The notes: a model not told the origin generated them from the letters alone. A stretch of DNA of 64,000 nt from an uncultured Clostridia bacterium (GCA_964599275.1 CAZRFK010000002.1:95-64094), one strand, 5' to 3'. Counted from the first letter of the stretch, positions 49,161-59,677 are shown. A program made the numbers and translations.

Positions 49161-51317
49161 TTGCAGTTATTTGAATCTTTTAATTTACTGGATTTTGAGT
49201 TTGTTAGCGATCCCAGGATATCACCCATGGGAGACAAAGTTGCTTATGTTCGCCATACTGTCGATGCAGAAGATAATAAATACAACAGCCGGGTGTATCT
49301 GGTGGATACCGAAAATGGCGGGCAGCCCCGCCCCTATACTGCGTCAGAAGGAGGAGTATCCCACCCACGCTGGTCTCCAGGTGGTAAATGGTTGGCCTTT
49401 TTGTCCGGACGCCCGGTATTCGATGAGGAGTGCGGCCGCCAGGTCTGGGTGCTGTCTTCAGAGGGGGGCGAAGCATATCCGCTGACCTGCATTGAGGGGG
49501 GAGTACGGGGTTTCACATGGGCTCCTTCAGGTGATATGTTGGCGGTCAGCTGTCGAATAGACCCCGACAAGGGGCTCACAGAAGCAGGAAATGACGAGGA
49601 CGATTCAGACCGGGAAGAAGACAACGAACTTCAGCAGTTGTATGACAAATATACAGAAGATGTTAAACACATTGACAAAATAAAGTATAAGGCAGACGGA
49701 GCAGGGTTTCTGCAAGGAAAGCGAAGCCACGTGGCCTGTGTATCTTTTGATGAAAGATTTATAGGAAGCCGGGAGCAAATACCCGAGCCCAAACTTGTGA
49801 CCTGTGGAGATTTCAATCACAGTAACCCGGTGTTTTCTCCTGATGGACGTTGGCTTGCACTCTCTGCGTGCAGGGCAGAAAATCCAGACATGCAGCGTTT
49901 TTCCGACATATGGCTGTTTCCAGTGCCCGGAATAAATAGTGCCGATGAGCCGGTCAAAGTTACTGACAGCTCCGGCCCGGCCGGCTCCCCCAGCTGGTCT
50001 CCTGACGGTAAGACCATAGCTTATCTGGGTCACCGACGGGAACGGTCCGGGATGTATACAAACACCAGATTATGGCTGGCTCACCTGGATGAGGTTGATG
50101 GAGAACCTTCAGATGAACTGGTTGATTTGACAGAAGAGTACGATGTTTCGTTTGGGGACCGGTCTATAACCGACATGCGGTTTTCCGGCGGAGCGCCTCA
50201 GCTCACCTGGGACCAGGAGGGCGAGAGAATCTATTATCTGACCAGTGAGCGAGGAACCACACATATAGTAGAAGTGGATGTCGCAACCGGTGAGCCCAAG
50301 CTTATGACCACCGGAGATCGTGTCCTGTTTAATGTGCACATTCGCCCTGAACTGGGCATGGCTGCTGCGGCAGTTGCCAGGATGGACAATCCCAGTGTTC
50401 TACACCTGCTGAAACTGAAGGGAGAACCTGCACTCAACGCTGGTACTCACAGCGACGAGGTTCTGGATGAGCAGATGCAAAACGTGCCCGAGGAATGTCT
50501 GGTTGAGACTAACAAACAGCTGGCAGAGCAGAACAAGGTTTTCACTCCCGAGCGTTTCACGGCTCGAGCCGATGAGGATTCTCCAGCAGTAGACGGGTGG
50601 ATTATTCTACCCGAAAATGATGGCGAGGAGGAGATTCCCGCAGTTTTGCAGATTCACGGCGGTCCGACAGCAATGTATACGGGAACTTTCTTTTTTGAGT
50701 TTCAGATTCTCGCAGCATCTGGTTACGCGGTGGTCTTCACCAATCCCCGGGGTAGTTCCGGTTACGGTGAGGATTTCCGGGCAGCCATCCAACCGGCCTG
50801 GGGAGACCCCGATTATGCTGATGTTATGGCAGGTATGAAAACTGCTCTGCGAGACTATCCTCAAATTGATGAGAAGCGGTTGGGAGTAGCAGGAGGCAGT
50901 TATGGAGGTTACATGACCAACTGGATCATCGGTCACACTGACCTGTTTTCTGCCGCGGTATCCATGCGCTGTGTGTCAAATGTTCACAGTTTCTGGGGTA
51001 CCAGTGATATAGGCTACATGTGGGATGAAGTATTTGGCGGTCACCCCTGGGAGGCTCCCGAGAAGTTCCGCCAGCAATCGCCACTGAGCTACATGCATGA
51101 GGCGAACACCCCCACTTTGATTATTCATTCTGAACAAGATCACCGCTGTCCAATAGAACAGGGTGAACAGGTATATGCCACATTGAAAAAACAGGGGGTT
51201 GAGGCGGAATTTGTACGCTATCCAGGTGAGAGCCACGGACTTTCCCGCGGTGGGCGTCCCTGGCACAGAATTCACCGTCTTGATCAGATCACTGAGTGGT
51301 TCAAACGCTATCTCTGA
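49161..51317 (+). CDS. S9 family serine peptidase (beta-propeller + alpha/beta-hydrolase catalytic domain)
   Basis: PRWSPDG repeats (propeller), catalytic GGSYGGYMT nucleophile elbow, distal D and H; 718 aa. Confidence 0.8.
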   Translation: MQLFESFNLLDFEFVSDPRISPMGDKVAYVRHTVDAEDNKYNSRVYLVDTENGGQPRPYTASEGGVSHPRWSPGGKWLAFLSGRPVFDEECGRQVWVLSSEGGEAYPLTCIEGGVRGFTWAPSGDMLAVSCRIDPDKGLTEAGNDEDDSDREEDNELQQLYDKYTEDVKHIDKIKYKADGAGFLQGKRSHVACVSFDERFIGSREQIPEPKLVTCGDFNHSNPVFSPDGRWLALSACRAENPDMQRFSDIWLFPVPGINSADEPVKVTDSSGPAGSPSWSPDGKTIAYLGHRRERSGMYTNTRLWLAHLDEVDGEPSDELVDLTEEYDVSFGDRSITDMRFSGGAPQLTWDQEGERIYYLTSERGTTHIVEVDVATGEPKLMTTGDRVLFNVHIRPELGMAAAAVARMDNPSVLHLLKLKGEPALNAGTHSDEVLDEQMQNVPEECLVETNKQLAEQNKVFTPERFTARADEDSPAVDGWIILPENDGEEEIPAVLQIHGGPTAMYTGTFFFEFQILAASGYAVVFTNPRGSSGYGEDFRAAIQPAWGDPDYADVMAGMKTALRDYPQIDEKRLGVAGGSYGGYMTNWIIGHTDLFSAAVSMRCVSNVHSFWGTSDIGYMWDEVFGGHPWEAPEKFRQQSPLSYMHEANTPTLIIHSEQDHRCPIEQGEQVYATLKKQGVEAEFVRYPGESHGLSRGGRPWHRIHRLDQITEWFKRYL

Positions 51318-51365
51318 GGAGGTGCAGTCAGTCGGGGGGCGCAGCGTACGCCTCCCGACGCGTTT

Positions 51366-52694
51366 ATGAGTATTTTCGACCGAAATCGGAAGAATCAACT
51401 TGAAAAAGAGGCACCGCTGGCTGACCGTATGAGACCCAGAAGCCTTGATGAGCTCATAGGCCAGGAGCACATTGTGGGGGAGGGTCGATTACTGCGCCGT
51501 GCTATCAAGGCAGATCGTCTGACTTCGATCATTCTCTATGGTCCACCTGGTTCCGGGAAGACAACATTGGCAGGCATCATTGCCAGGGAGAGTGAGGCTG
51601 AATTTGAAAGGCTGAACGCAGTTATGTCCGGTGTGGCTGATATTCGTAGGGTAGCTGAAGAAGCCAAAAAGCGCTTGGGGATGTATCAGAAAAGAACCCT
51701 TCTGTTCATTGATGAGGTGCACAGGTTCAACAAAGCTCAGCAGGATGCACTGCTGCCTTCAGTTGAAAAAGGAATTGTCACCTTTATAGGAGCCACCACC
51801 GAAAATCCTTACTTTGAAGTGATTGCACCCCTGGTTTCTCGGTCCAGAGTGTTTGAACTTCAGCCGCTGAACGATCGGGATGTAAAACAGATAGTCATGA
51901 GGGCGTTAAAAGATAAAGAAAGAGGTCTGGGAGAGTACGATGTATCCATCGAGGAAACTGGCCTGCAGCACATTGTACGGGTTGCTGCCGGTGATGCTCG
52001 TTCGGCATTAAATGCAATAGAACTGGCTGTCCTGACTACAGAACCTGATGAAAACGGAACCAGACACATTACTTTGGAGATTGCCAGTGAATCAATACAG
52101 CAGCGTGCATTAAACTACGACGGCGACGGGGATGCTCATTATGATACAGTTTCTGCCTTCATAAAAAGTATCCGTGGTTCAGATCCGGATGCTGCATTAT
52201 ACTGGTTAGCCCGCATGATTTATGGTGGTGAGGAACCACGGTTCATTGCCCGCAGGCTCATGGTCCATGCCTCAGAAGATATTGGGCTGGCTGATCCGAG
52301 GGCCCTACAGGTGGCGGTAAGCTGTAGTCAGGCAGTTGAACGAGTAGGTATGCCGGAGGGAAGGATTATTCTGGCCCAGGCAACTTTGTATCTGGCTACT
52401 GCTCCGAAGAGTAATTCCGCCCTGAGTATTGACAAAGCCTTAGACGACGTGCGGGAGGGACAGGCAGGGGGAGTACCTCTCCATCTTCGCGATTCCCATT
52501 ACTCTGGGGCAGAAGACCTGGACAGGGGAAGTGGATACAAATATCCACATGATCATCCCGATCGTTGGATCCGACAGCAGTACCTTCCCGATGGTCTGGT
52601 AGATTCAGAGTATTATAAGCCTTCAGAGCAGGGATATGAGAAGAAAATCAATCAGTTTCTCGATAGGTTAAAACAGGATAAAAATTCTGATTGA
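51366..52694 (+). CDS. rarA: replication-associated recombination protein A (AAA+ ATPase RarA/MgsA)
   Basis: Walker A GPPGSGKTT, Walker B LFIDEVHRF, sensor/arginine finger, MgsA C-terminal region. Confidence 0.92.
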   Translation: MSIFDRNRKNQLEKEAPLADRMRPRSLDELIGQEHIVGEGRLLRRAIKADRLTSIILYGPPGSGKTTLAGIIARESEAEFERLNAVMSGVADIRRVAEEAKKRLGMYQKRTLLFIDEVHRFNKAQQDALLPSVEKGIVTFIGATTENPYFEVIAPLVSRSRVFELQPLNDRDVKQIVMRALKDKERGLGEYDVSIEETGLQHIVRVAAGDARSALNAIELAVLTTEPDENGTRHITLEIASESIQQRALNYDGDGDAHYDTVSAFIKSIRGSDPDAALYWLARMIYGGEEPRFIARRLMVHASEDIGLADPRALQVAVSCSQAVERVGMPEGRIILAQATLYLATAPKSNSALSIDKALDDVREGQAGGVPLHLRDSHYSGAEDLDRGSGYKYPHDHPDRWIRQQYLPDGLVDSEYYKPSEQGYEKKINQFLDRLKQDKNSD

Positions 52695-52718
52695 ATTTAT
52701 CTGTCCTTCAAGGTGCGA

Positions 52719-52768
52719 GTGCAGCTGCTGCAGTGCTGCACATTCTTTCTGGCTTTATTTGCTTTTAT
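52719..52768 (+). terminator. rho-independent terminator after rarA
   Basis: GTGCAGC-tgctgca-GCTGCAC then T-rich tail (ATTCTTTCTGGCTTTATTTGCTTTTAT). Confidence 0.65.
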
Positions 52769-52769
52769 C

Positions 52770-52798
52770 TTGACAAGGCAAAGTGGGGATGCTAAATT
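52770..52798 (+). promoter_or_regulatory. sigma-A-type promoter for iscR-iscS-iscU (TTGACA-N17-TAAATT)
   Basis: Perfect -35 hexamer with 17-nt spacer to TAAATT; a second TTGACAA copy lies 32 nt downstream. Confidence 0.5.
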
Positions 52799-52848
52799 AA
52801 TGTTGACAAAGTTGAGCATTTTAATCGGGAATACAGAGGGTGTTTGCA

Positions 52849-53283
52849 ATGAAAATTTCCACCAGAGGGCGATACGGGGTGCTAGCCATGATAGTCTTGG
52901 CTGAGCAGCACGGTTCTGGTCCAACATCCATAAAAGAAATTGTCGAACAGCAGGGTCTTTCGCACAGCTACCTGGAGCAGATTTTGGGTCCGCTGCGAAG
53001 AGCCGGCTTAGTACGGAGCGTGCGGGGTCCGGAAGGTGGCTATTTATTAGCTCGAACTCCTGAGGAAATATCTGTAGGGGACGTTTTGAGAGTACTGGAA
53101 GGACCACTGGTTCCTGTTGATTGTGTTGAGGAAGAACAGAATATCCAACAGACTTGTGAGCGACAGGATGCCTGTTCCGCACGACAGGTGTGGATGAGCT
53201 TGAAGAAAAGCCTGACTGATGTAGTTGATTCCATTTCCCTACAGGATCTGATAGATGGAGTGGAACAGGTTCAAGATGAGTGA
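52849..53283 (+). CDS. iscR: Rrf2-family transcriptional regulator (IscR/CymR-like, three-Cys cluster)
   Basis: N-terminal wHTH (STRGRYGVLAM..LA), Cys-x12-Cys-x5-Cys in the C-terminal half; directly upstream of iscS-iscU. Confidence 0.8.
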   Translation: MKISTRGRYGVLAMIVLAEQHGSGPTSIKEIVEQQGLSHSYLEQILGPLRRAGLVRSVRGPEGGYLLARTPEEISVGDVLRVLEGPLVPVDCVEEEQNIQQTCERQDACSARQVWMSLKKSLTDVVDSISLQDLIDGVEQVQDE

Positions 53284-53354
53284 AGGTAGTTTATCAAGGA
53301 CATTATAAACTGAGTTAGAGGAGATTTTCCTAGCTGACAGGGGGTAATGCGAAA

Positions 53355-54518
53355 ATGGAAAAGGTATATCTGGATCATTCGGCTACTACCCCGGTTCATC
53401 GCAGGGTCGCTGTAGTTGTCACCAGATACATGCTGGCTGATTATGGTAATGCATCCAGCGTGCATTCCTGGGGGGAAAAGGCCCGTAAAGCTCTCAAGCG
53501 GAGCCGCGAGCAGGTAGCTGATTTGATAGGAGCTGATGAACCCGAGGAGATTATCTTCACCAGCGGGGGAACAGAGTCAGATAATTTAGCTTTAAAAGGA
53601 GTAGTGCGATCGCGGCGTAACAAAGGTGAGCACATTATTACTTCTGCTGTAGAACATCATGCTGTGTTGCACACCTGTGATACATTGGAAAAACAGGGTT
53701 ATCGAGTGACACGGATAGGCGTTGATGAAAAGGGAAGGATCAATCCTGAAGACGTAAGAGAAGCAGTAGAAGAAGATACGGTTCTCATCAGTATAATGAT
53801 GGCCAATAATGAAGTTGGAACTATCCAGCCAATTGCGGAAATTGGTGAGATAGCTGATGAAAAAGATATCCTGCTACATACAGATGCAGTTCAGGCTGTA
53901 GGTCAACTGCAAGTAGATGTTAACGACCTGGGAGTTGACCTGCTCAGTATATCAGGTCACAAGATTTACGGCCCCAAGGGAGTGGGAGCACTTTACGTAC
54001 GTAAAGGCACGAGACTCAGTTCCATTCAGCAGGGGGGGCATCACGAGAACAACCTGAGAGCAGGTACTGAAAATATTCCCGGTATTGCCGGTTTGGGAGA
54101 AGCCTGCAAACTTGCGGCTGACAAACTGCAGGCAAGAAGGGAACACATGATTCGCCTTCGTGACCATCTGATCGATGGACTGCTAGATTCTATAGACGAT
54201 GTGCATGTAAATGGCGATCGGCAAAATCGTTTACCCAATAACGTGAATGTGAGTCTTGCAGGAGTCGAAGGTGAATCGGTCCTGTTGGTACTTAATGCGC
54301 AGGGGATTGCCGCTTCTTCAGGATCTGCCTGCACATCTGATACCCTTGAGAGTTCTCATGTCCTAGAATCGATGGGAGTACGCCCTGAGCTGGCACACAG
54401 CTCAGTTCGTTTGACTCTTGGTCGTCAAAATACTCTGGAGGATATAGAATATGTACTCCAGGTTTTCCCTGAGGTAATTGAAAAACTTCGTGCTATGTCG
54501 CCTCTTGTTTCCCGTTAG
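53355..54518 (+). CDS. iscS: cysteine desulfurase IscS/NifS
   Basis: PLP-lysine motif SGHKIYGPKGVGALY, active-site SSGSACTS loop. Confidence 0.92.
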   Translation: MEKVYLDHSATTPVHRRVAVVVTRYMLADYGNASSVHSWGEKARKALKRSREQVADLIGADEPEEIIFTSGGTESDNLALKGVVRSRRNKGEHIITSAVEHHAVLHTCDTLEKQGYRVTRIGVDEKGRINPEDVREAVEEDTVLISIMMANNEVGTIQPIAEIGEIADEKDILLHTDAVQAVGQLQVDVNDLGVDLLSISGHKIYGPKGVGALYVRKGTRLSSIQQGGHHENNLRAGTENIPGIAGLGEACKLAADKLQARREHMIRLRDHLIDGLLDSIDDVHVNGDRQNRLPNNVNVSLAGVEGESVLLVLNAQGIAASSGSACTSDTLESSHVLESMGVRPELAHSSVRLTLGRQNTLEDIEYVLQVFPEVIEKLRAMSPLVSR

Positions 54519-54542
54519 GCTTAAAGTGAGGAGAGATCGGAT

Positions 54543-54926
54543 ATGGAATATACAGATAAAGTGATGGAGCATTTCACAAATCCTCGCAACGTAGGAGAGA
54601 TGGAGGAACCTGACGGTATCGGCAAGGTGGGAAATCCCAGCTGCGGAGACATAATGGAGCTATATATCCGCGTTGAGGAAGACCGGGTTGTTGATGCGCG
54701 GTTCCGTACATTCGGATGCGGGGCAGCAATTGCTACCAGCAGTATAATTACTGAGATGGTAAAAGGTAAGACCCTGGAGGAGGCAGTCACGATCAGCAAT
54801 CGAGAAGTTGCCGAGGCCCTGGGCGGCCTACCAGACAAGAAACTCCACTGCTCCAATCTGGCTGCTGATGCTCTTGAAAAAGCAATCGAGGATTACAAAA
54901 ACAACGAGGACAATGACGACAACTGA
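54543..54926 (+). CDS. iscU: Fe-S cluster scaffold protein IscU/NifU
   Basis: NPRNVG, GNPSCGD, FGCGAAIATSS, KLHCS motifs. Confidence 0.92.
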   Translation: MEYTDKVMEHFTNPRNVGEMEEPDGIGKVGNPSCGDIMELYIRVEEDRVVDARFRTFGCGAAIATSSIITEMVKGKTLEEAVTISNREVAEALGGLPDKKLHCSNLAADALEKAIEDYKNNEDNDDN

Positions 54927-54955
54927 GTTTTTGCAATAAATTTTTATGGGACAGG

Positions 54956-54990
54956 CCTCGCAGTGATGCTGCGGGGCTTGTATTTTTGTT
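54956..54990 (+). terminator. rho-independent terminator after iscU
   Basis: CCTCGCAG-tgatg-CTGCGGGG followed by CTTGTATTTTTGTT. Confidence 0.7.
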
Positions 54991-55114
54991 ACACGTCAAA
55001 TTTACATCAAATTTCATTTTTTTGAATTTAAAAATATGATCTGCAGAAAGATAGATACAGTATAATGCCTCCGCTTTACGGTCACTTTAATCACAGGTAA
55101 GAAGGTGTCACGAA

Positions 55115-55309
55115 ATGAACAATGACATGATGATCTGTCCCAATTGTCAGAGTCGACAGGTTGGATCTATTGCACCAAATCGTAGATTCTGCCGGAACTG
55201 CTATGTTGAATTCAAAACAGACGCAGATACTGCAAGCCCAGCAGAACAGGTCTATCTCATTGATATTGAGGGCAACTTGTTGACAGAGGAAGACATCAGG
55301 TCAACCTAA
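55115..55309 (+). CDS. small zinc-ribbon protein (CxxC...CxxC)
   Basis: 64 aa, CPNC...CRNC pairs; plausible RBS. Confidence 0.4.
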   Translation: MNNDMMICPNCQSRQVGSIAPNRRFCRNCYVEFKTDADTASPAEQVYLIDIEGNLLTEEDIRST

Positions 55310-55333
55310 ACTCAACCGTAGGAGGCGAATTAA

Positions 55334-55495
55334 ATGAGAGGCTTCATGAAAGGTATGTTGTTGGGTGGTTTTTTGGGAGCGATGGCCGCCTGGGTGATGT
55401 CACCCGACTCAATGCATAGGAGCCGGAAGAACAATACCACCATGCAGCGCATGGGTGAGAGGATGCAGAGGCTGGGAGCAAAGATTCAGGAGTAA
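55334..55495 (+). CDS. 53-aa small hydrophobic/basic protein
   Basis: GGAGG RBS 8 nt upstream; one TM segment (GMLLGGFLGAMAAWV); not in supplied ORF track because under 60 aa. Confidence 0.3.
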   Translation: MRGFMKGMLLGGFLGAMAAWVMSPDSMHRSRKNNTTMQRMGERMQRLGAKIQE

Positions 55496-55511
55496 GAGGT
55501 TAAGGTGAAAT

Positions 55512-56609
55512 ATGGAGAATCATAATACGACCAGATCTGATCTAATAAAACCCGCCTCACGGCGGGTTATCTTATACCTGAGTTTTTTATTATTAGCAGC
55601 AGCACTGTGGTATCTGCGGCTCACATTAATGCCCGTGTTTCTTGGTGCTTTTATGGCATATCTTTTCAGCCCCCTGGTACGCAGGATCGAAAGTTATGGG
55701 CTGACAACACATATCGCTATAGTTGCTGTCTATCTGTTTGTTGGCGGAATAATGACTGCAGCAGGTTTCTACATTGTTCCCAAGTTTATTGTACAGCTGG
55801 AGTCTCTGACTGGATCCCTGCCACAATATACTGAACTAGTCACTGGTTTTCTCCGTCAGGCCCAGGACGGTGTTTATAGGTTTCCGATGCCGGAAACGCT
55901 GCAGACAGCGTTAATTAATGTGGTTGGACGCTGGGAAGTTGCACTTCAGGAAATGGTAGAAGGTCTGGTGGAACAGTTTATTGCTATACTTCCTCATGCG
56001 GTCAGTTTGATTGCGGTACCAGTATTGGCATATTATTTTTTACTCGAGAGGGCGAAACTTATCAAACTGGGAAGAAATATAGTACCAACGCGTTGGAGAG
56101 CTCCAGTGCTTCATCTGACGGAGGAACTAGATCGGGTCCTGCTGGGGTTTATCCGTAGTAGATTGCTGATTGCTGGTCTCGTAGGGGTTGCTACTGCAGT
56201 CGTTTTTTTACTGCTGGGGCTACCTTACTCGTTATTGGTGGGCCTGTTTGCAGCTTTGACTGATTTAATCCCATATTTTGGACCTATCTTGGGTGCAGTT
56301 CCAGCTGCTGCAGTGGCGGCAACGTACTCTTCTACTGCTGTGGTTTGGGTTCTCGGGGCTTTTTTCCTGATTCAGCAGCTGGAAAGCTATTTGCTATCTC
56401 CACTGGTTATGAGTGATGGAGTTCAGCTGCACCCAATATGGGTCGTTGTAGCTTTATTTACAGGAGCGAGAGTAGGGGGATTGTTGGGGATGATACTGGC
56501 CATTCCTGTTTTCGCCTGCGCCCGCGTGGTTAGCTCTTTTATTTTTGAGTGTTGGCCGGAACTGAATCCAATCAGGGAAGTTAATGAGGAGTATAACCCA
56601 CACGGGTAA
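55512..56609 (+). CDS. AI-2E family transporter (YtvI/PerM-like integral membrane protein)
   Basis: 8 TM topology and GLxxxIPYxGPxxG segment typical of UPF0118/AI-2E. Confidence 0.75.
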   Translation: MENHNTTRSDLIKPASRRVILYLSFLLLAAALWYLRLTLMPVFLGAFMAYLFSPLVRRIESYGLTTHIAIVAVYLFVGGIMTAAGFYIVPKFIVQLESLTGSLPQYTELVTGFLRQAQDGVYRFPMPETLQTALINVVGRWEVALQEMVEGLVEQFIAILPHAVSLIAVPVLAYYFLLERAKLIKLGRNIVPTRWRAPVLHLTEELDRVLLGFIRSRLLIAGLVGVATAVVFLLLGLPYSLLVGLFAALTDLIPYFGPILGAVPAAAVAATYSSTAVVWVLGAFFLIQQLESYLLSPLVMSDGVQLHPIWVVVALFTGARVGGLLGMILAIPVFACARVVSSFIFECWPELNPIREVNEEYNPHG

Positions 56610-56639
56610 CAAGTGGCGTCCGGCTGTTGTTATTGCTCA

Positions 56640-56965
56640 GTTGTCTGTGATGGTATAAAATTTCATTAATAGATGGGTTATGTATCGTGCTTTGGAATGA
56701 ATCAAGATACTGGTGGATCTATTTGAGAAGGTGGCTGCCGATAATTCCCGGCGGCGGTGCGGGGGTATGGAAGCCGAATCTTTATGATTGGGTTACAGAA
56801 TTTAGTTTTCCAATAGTTGCTTTGCAGAGATGCGGTGTTGCCCCGTAGAACAGGGTGGTAAAGAAGTGTCCGGCCCGCCCCTGGGTCTGTGGGGTGGGTT
56901 TGTTTGTTGTCGATGCTTACGCCCGTTTCCTGCTTTTTCGTTGTGCTGCAGGCTAAATGTTTAAA
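56640..56965 (+). promoter_or_regulatory. candidate T-box leader (Ala) upstream of alaS
   Basis: AGGGTGGTA core of the T-box motif at ~56856, followed by GC-rich hairpin CCCGCCCC..GGGGTGGG and a TTTGTTTGTT tract; GCC codon in a possible specifier position (GGAAGCCGAA ~56772); the ACCGCG part of the consensus is not conserved. Confidence 0.35.
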
Positions 56966-56976
56966 GGAGGGCAATC

Positions 56977-59661
56977 ATGAATAGTAGCAAAATAAAGACA
57001 AGCAATGAGATCAGACATACTTTTTTGGAGTTTTTTTCAGATAAAGGGCACAAGATTGTGGATAGTTCTCCATTGGTTCCACAGGATGATCCAACCCTGC
57101 TTTTTACCAATGCGGGAATGGTTCAGTTTAAAGATATTTTCCTGGGAAGACGTTCCCCCAATTACTTACGTGCAACAACTTCACAAAAATGTGTACGTGC
57201 TGGTGGAAAACATAATGATCTGGAGAATGTAGGAAAGACTCCTCGACATCATACCTTCTTCGAAATGCTAGGTAATTTTTCCTTTGGTGATTATTTCAAA
57301 CAAGAGGCAATATTATACGCATGGGAATTGCTGGTTCATGTCCTGGGGATTCCGTCTGAAAAACTATGGATAACTGTATACAAGGATGATGATGAAGCTG
57401 CCCGGTTATGGCGAACGGAAGTAGGACTGTCGGAGGACAGGATCTTGCGCCTGGGCGAGAAGGATAATTTCTGGTCGATGGGGGATGTTGGTCCCTGCGG
57501 ACCCTGCAGTGAAATAATATATGATCGGGGACAACAGTTCGGCTGTGGAAACGATGAATGTGGAATTGGAGTATGCGACTGTGATCGATGGCTGGAACTT
57601 TGGAATCTGGTTTTCATGCAGTATGAAAGGGACCAGTCAGGTAATATGGATCCTTTAGAACAGACTGGTGTTGATACCGGTCTGGGACTAGAACGTATAG
57701 CATCAGTGCTTCAGGGAGTACATTCAAACTATGATACCGATTTGTTTACTCCCATTTTTGCTGGGCTTGAGCGTCTGGTTGACCACGAATATTCTGGAAG
57801 CGATGGTGAAAAGGATTTTGCCTTCCGGGTCATTGCTGATCATGTTAGGGCGTGTACTTTTCTTATTGCAGATGGTGTGTTCCCTTCAAATGAAGGCCGT
57901 GGCTATGTACTCCGACGCATTCTCAGACGTGCGGCAAGGTTTGGACTTGACCTTGATCATGAGGGCCCCCTGCTGGCTCCTTTGGTGTCCGTGGTTGTCG
58001 AACTGATGGGAGATGCTTATCCTGAGTTGAAGGAGAGAGAAAGTTTCATCCGCCAGACCATAAAGCGAGAAGAGGAACGCTTTGGACAGACCTTACAGCA
58101 GGGCCTCGAGCTTCTTTCTGAGATGATCGCGGAAGTGACACAAGATAATGGAGATGCGATTAGTGCTGAACAGGCGTTTAAATTATATGATACATATGGA
58201 TTTCCTGTAGACTTGTGTGAGGATGTCGCCCAGAAGCACGGCCTATCTGTCGAGCGCGCCGGGTTTGAACAGCTGATGAAGGAGCAGCGAGAACGCGCCC
58301 GTAAGGCCCAGAAGGCTGAAGATGGTGCCCTCGAGGTTGATGATGTTGGCAGCCAGATAGACGACCTCGAAGAAACAGAGTTCGTGGGTTACCAACAAAC
58401 AGAAATATCAACACAGGTAGTGGGGATTTTAAACGCAGATGATAACAGGATAGATTGTGCATCTGAAGGTGAAGAGGTAACCATCTTTTTGCGCAAGACC
58501 CCATTTTACGCTGAAAGCGGAGGACAGATGAGTGATACTGGTCATATTACTGCAGATAGTGCAGTTGTCAGCATAACTGAAGTGGTTGAGCTGGGTGACA
58601 GGCATCAGTTACACTGCGGACAGGTGGAGCAGGGTAAGATAAAAGAGGGCGATGATGTGGTAGCCAGTATCGATGACGATCGAAGAAATGCGGTGGCCCG
58701 TAATCACACTGCAACACACCTGCTGCATGCTGTTTTACGGGAGATTCTCGGAGAGCATGTCCAGCAATCAGGTTCACTGGTTGACAGTGACAGACTTCGC
58801 TTTGATTTCACGCATCACTCTCCGCTGACTGTTGAGCAAACAACAGAAATAGAGAATCGAATCAATAGCATCATACTCGACGGCCGAGATGTGTGGGCTG
58901 AATTAAAGAACTACGCTCGGGCCCGCGAGGATGGGGCTGTAGCATTATTTGGTCAACGTTACTCCTCTGAACAGGTACGAGTTATAGATATTGAAGGAGC
59001 ATCCAAAGAGCTGTGTGGTGGTACGCATGTGCAGTCAACCTCTCAGCTGGGCTCATTCAAGATAACTGGTGAGGAGAGTGTTGGTTCCGGAATGCGGCGG
59101 GTAGAAGCTGTCACTGGTGAAGAAACTATATCGTGGATTCAACAATACGAACAAAAAGTTCAAAGACTGGCTGAAACCTTGGACACTTCGATAGATGAGC
59201 TACCCGACAGGGTCAGTGAGCTGCAGGATAATCTCAATGCTGCGAGACGGAAAAACCAAAAAGTTTATTCCAATCTTCTGCAAATGCAAGTGGAGCTTAT
59301 CGAATCTGATGCTGAGTATATAGATGACATAGCCTTACTGGCTGAGCAGGTTGAAGCTGAACAACCCGAACACCTGCGGCAGATGGCTGATTCACTTCGT
59401 CACCGATTGGGAGAATCAGCGTTGGTTCTAGTGTGCACGACTGAAGATGAAAGTGTAGTGGTTGTTGGAGCAGCCACCAAAAATGCGGTTGACCAGGGGG
59501 TTCATATGGGGAACGTTGTGTCGGAGCTGGGTCAGCAGCTGGGTGGTGGCGGAGGTGGACGTCCAGACATGGCTCAGGCCGGAGGAAATCGTCCGGACAA
59601 GATTCCTTCTGTCTTGAAAGCAGGCAGAAGGATACTGGAGAAAAGATTACAACCAGTTTAA
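56977..59661 (+). CDS. alaS: alanine--tRNA ligase
   Basis: Class II motifs, FTNAGM, editing-domain HxxxH...CGGTH, C-terminal DHHA1; 894 aa. Confidence 0.96.
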   Translation: MNSSKIKTSNEIRHTFLEFFSDKGHKIVDSSPLVPQDDPTLLFTNAGMVQFKDIFLGRRSPNYLRATTSQKCVRAGGKHNDLENVGKTPRHHTFFEMLGNFSFGDYFKQEAILYAWELLVHVLGIPSEKLWITVYKDDDEAARLWRTEVGLSEDRILRLGEKDNFWSMGDVGPCGPCSEIIYDRGQQFGCGNDECGIGVCDCDRWLELWNLVFMQYERDQSGNMDPLEQTGVDTGLGLERIASVLQGVHSNYDTDLFTPIFAGLERLVDHEYSGSDGEKDFAFRVIADHVRACTFLIADGVFPSNEGRGYVLRRILRRAARFGLDLDHEGPLLAPLVSVVVELMGDAYPELKERESFIRQTIKREEERFGQTLQQGLELLSEMIAEVTQDNGDAISAEQAFKLYDTYGFPVDLCEDVAQKHGLSVERAGFEQLMKEQRERARKAQKAEDGALEVDDVGSQIDDLEETEFVGYQQTEISTQVVGILNADDNRIDCASEGEEVTIFLRKTPFYAESGGQMSDTGHITADSAVVSITEVVELGDRHQLHCGQVEQGKIKEGDDVVASIDDDRRNAVARNHTATHLLHAVLREILGEHVQQSGSLVDSDRLRFDFTHHSPLTVEQTTEIENRINSIILDGRDVWAELKNYARAREDGAVALFGQRYSSEQVRVIDIEGASKELCGGTHVQSTSQLGSFKITGEESVGSGMRRVEAVTGEETISWIQQYEQKVQRLAETLDTSIDELPDRVSELQDNLNAARRKNQKVYSNLLQMQVELIESDAEYIDDIALLAEQVEAEQPEHLRQMADSLRHRLGESALVLVCTTEDESVVVVGAATKNAVDQGVHMGNVVSELGQQLGGGGGGRPDMAQAGGNRPDKIPSVLKAGRRILEKRLQPV

Positions 59662-59677
59662 AATGAGAGGTTTGATT

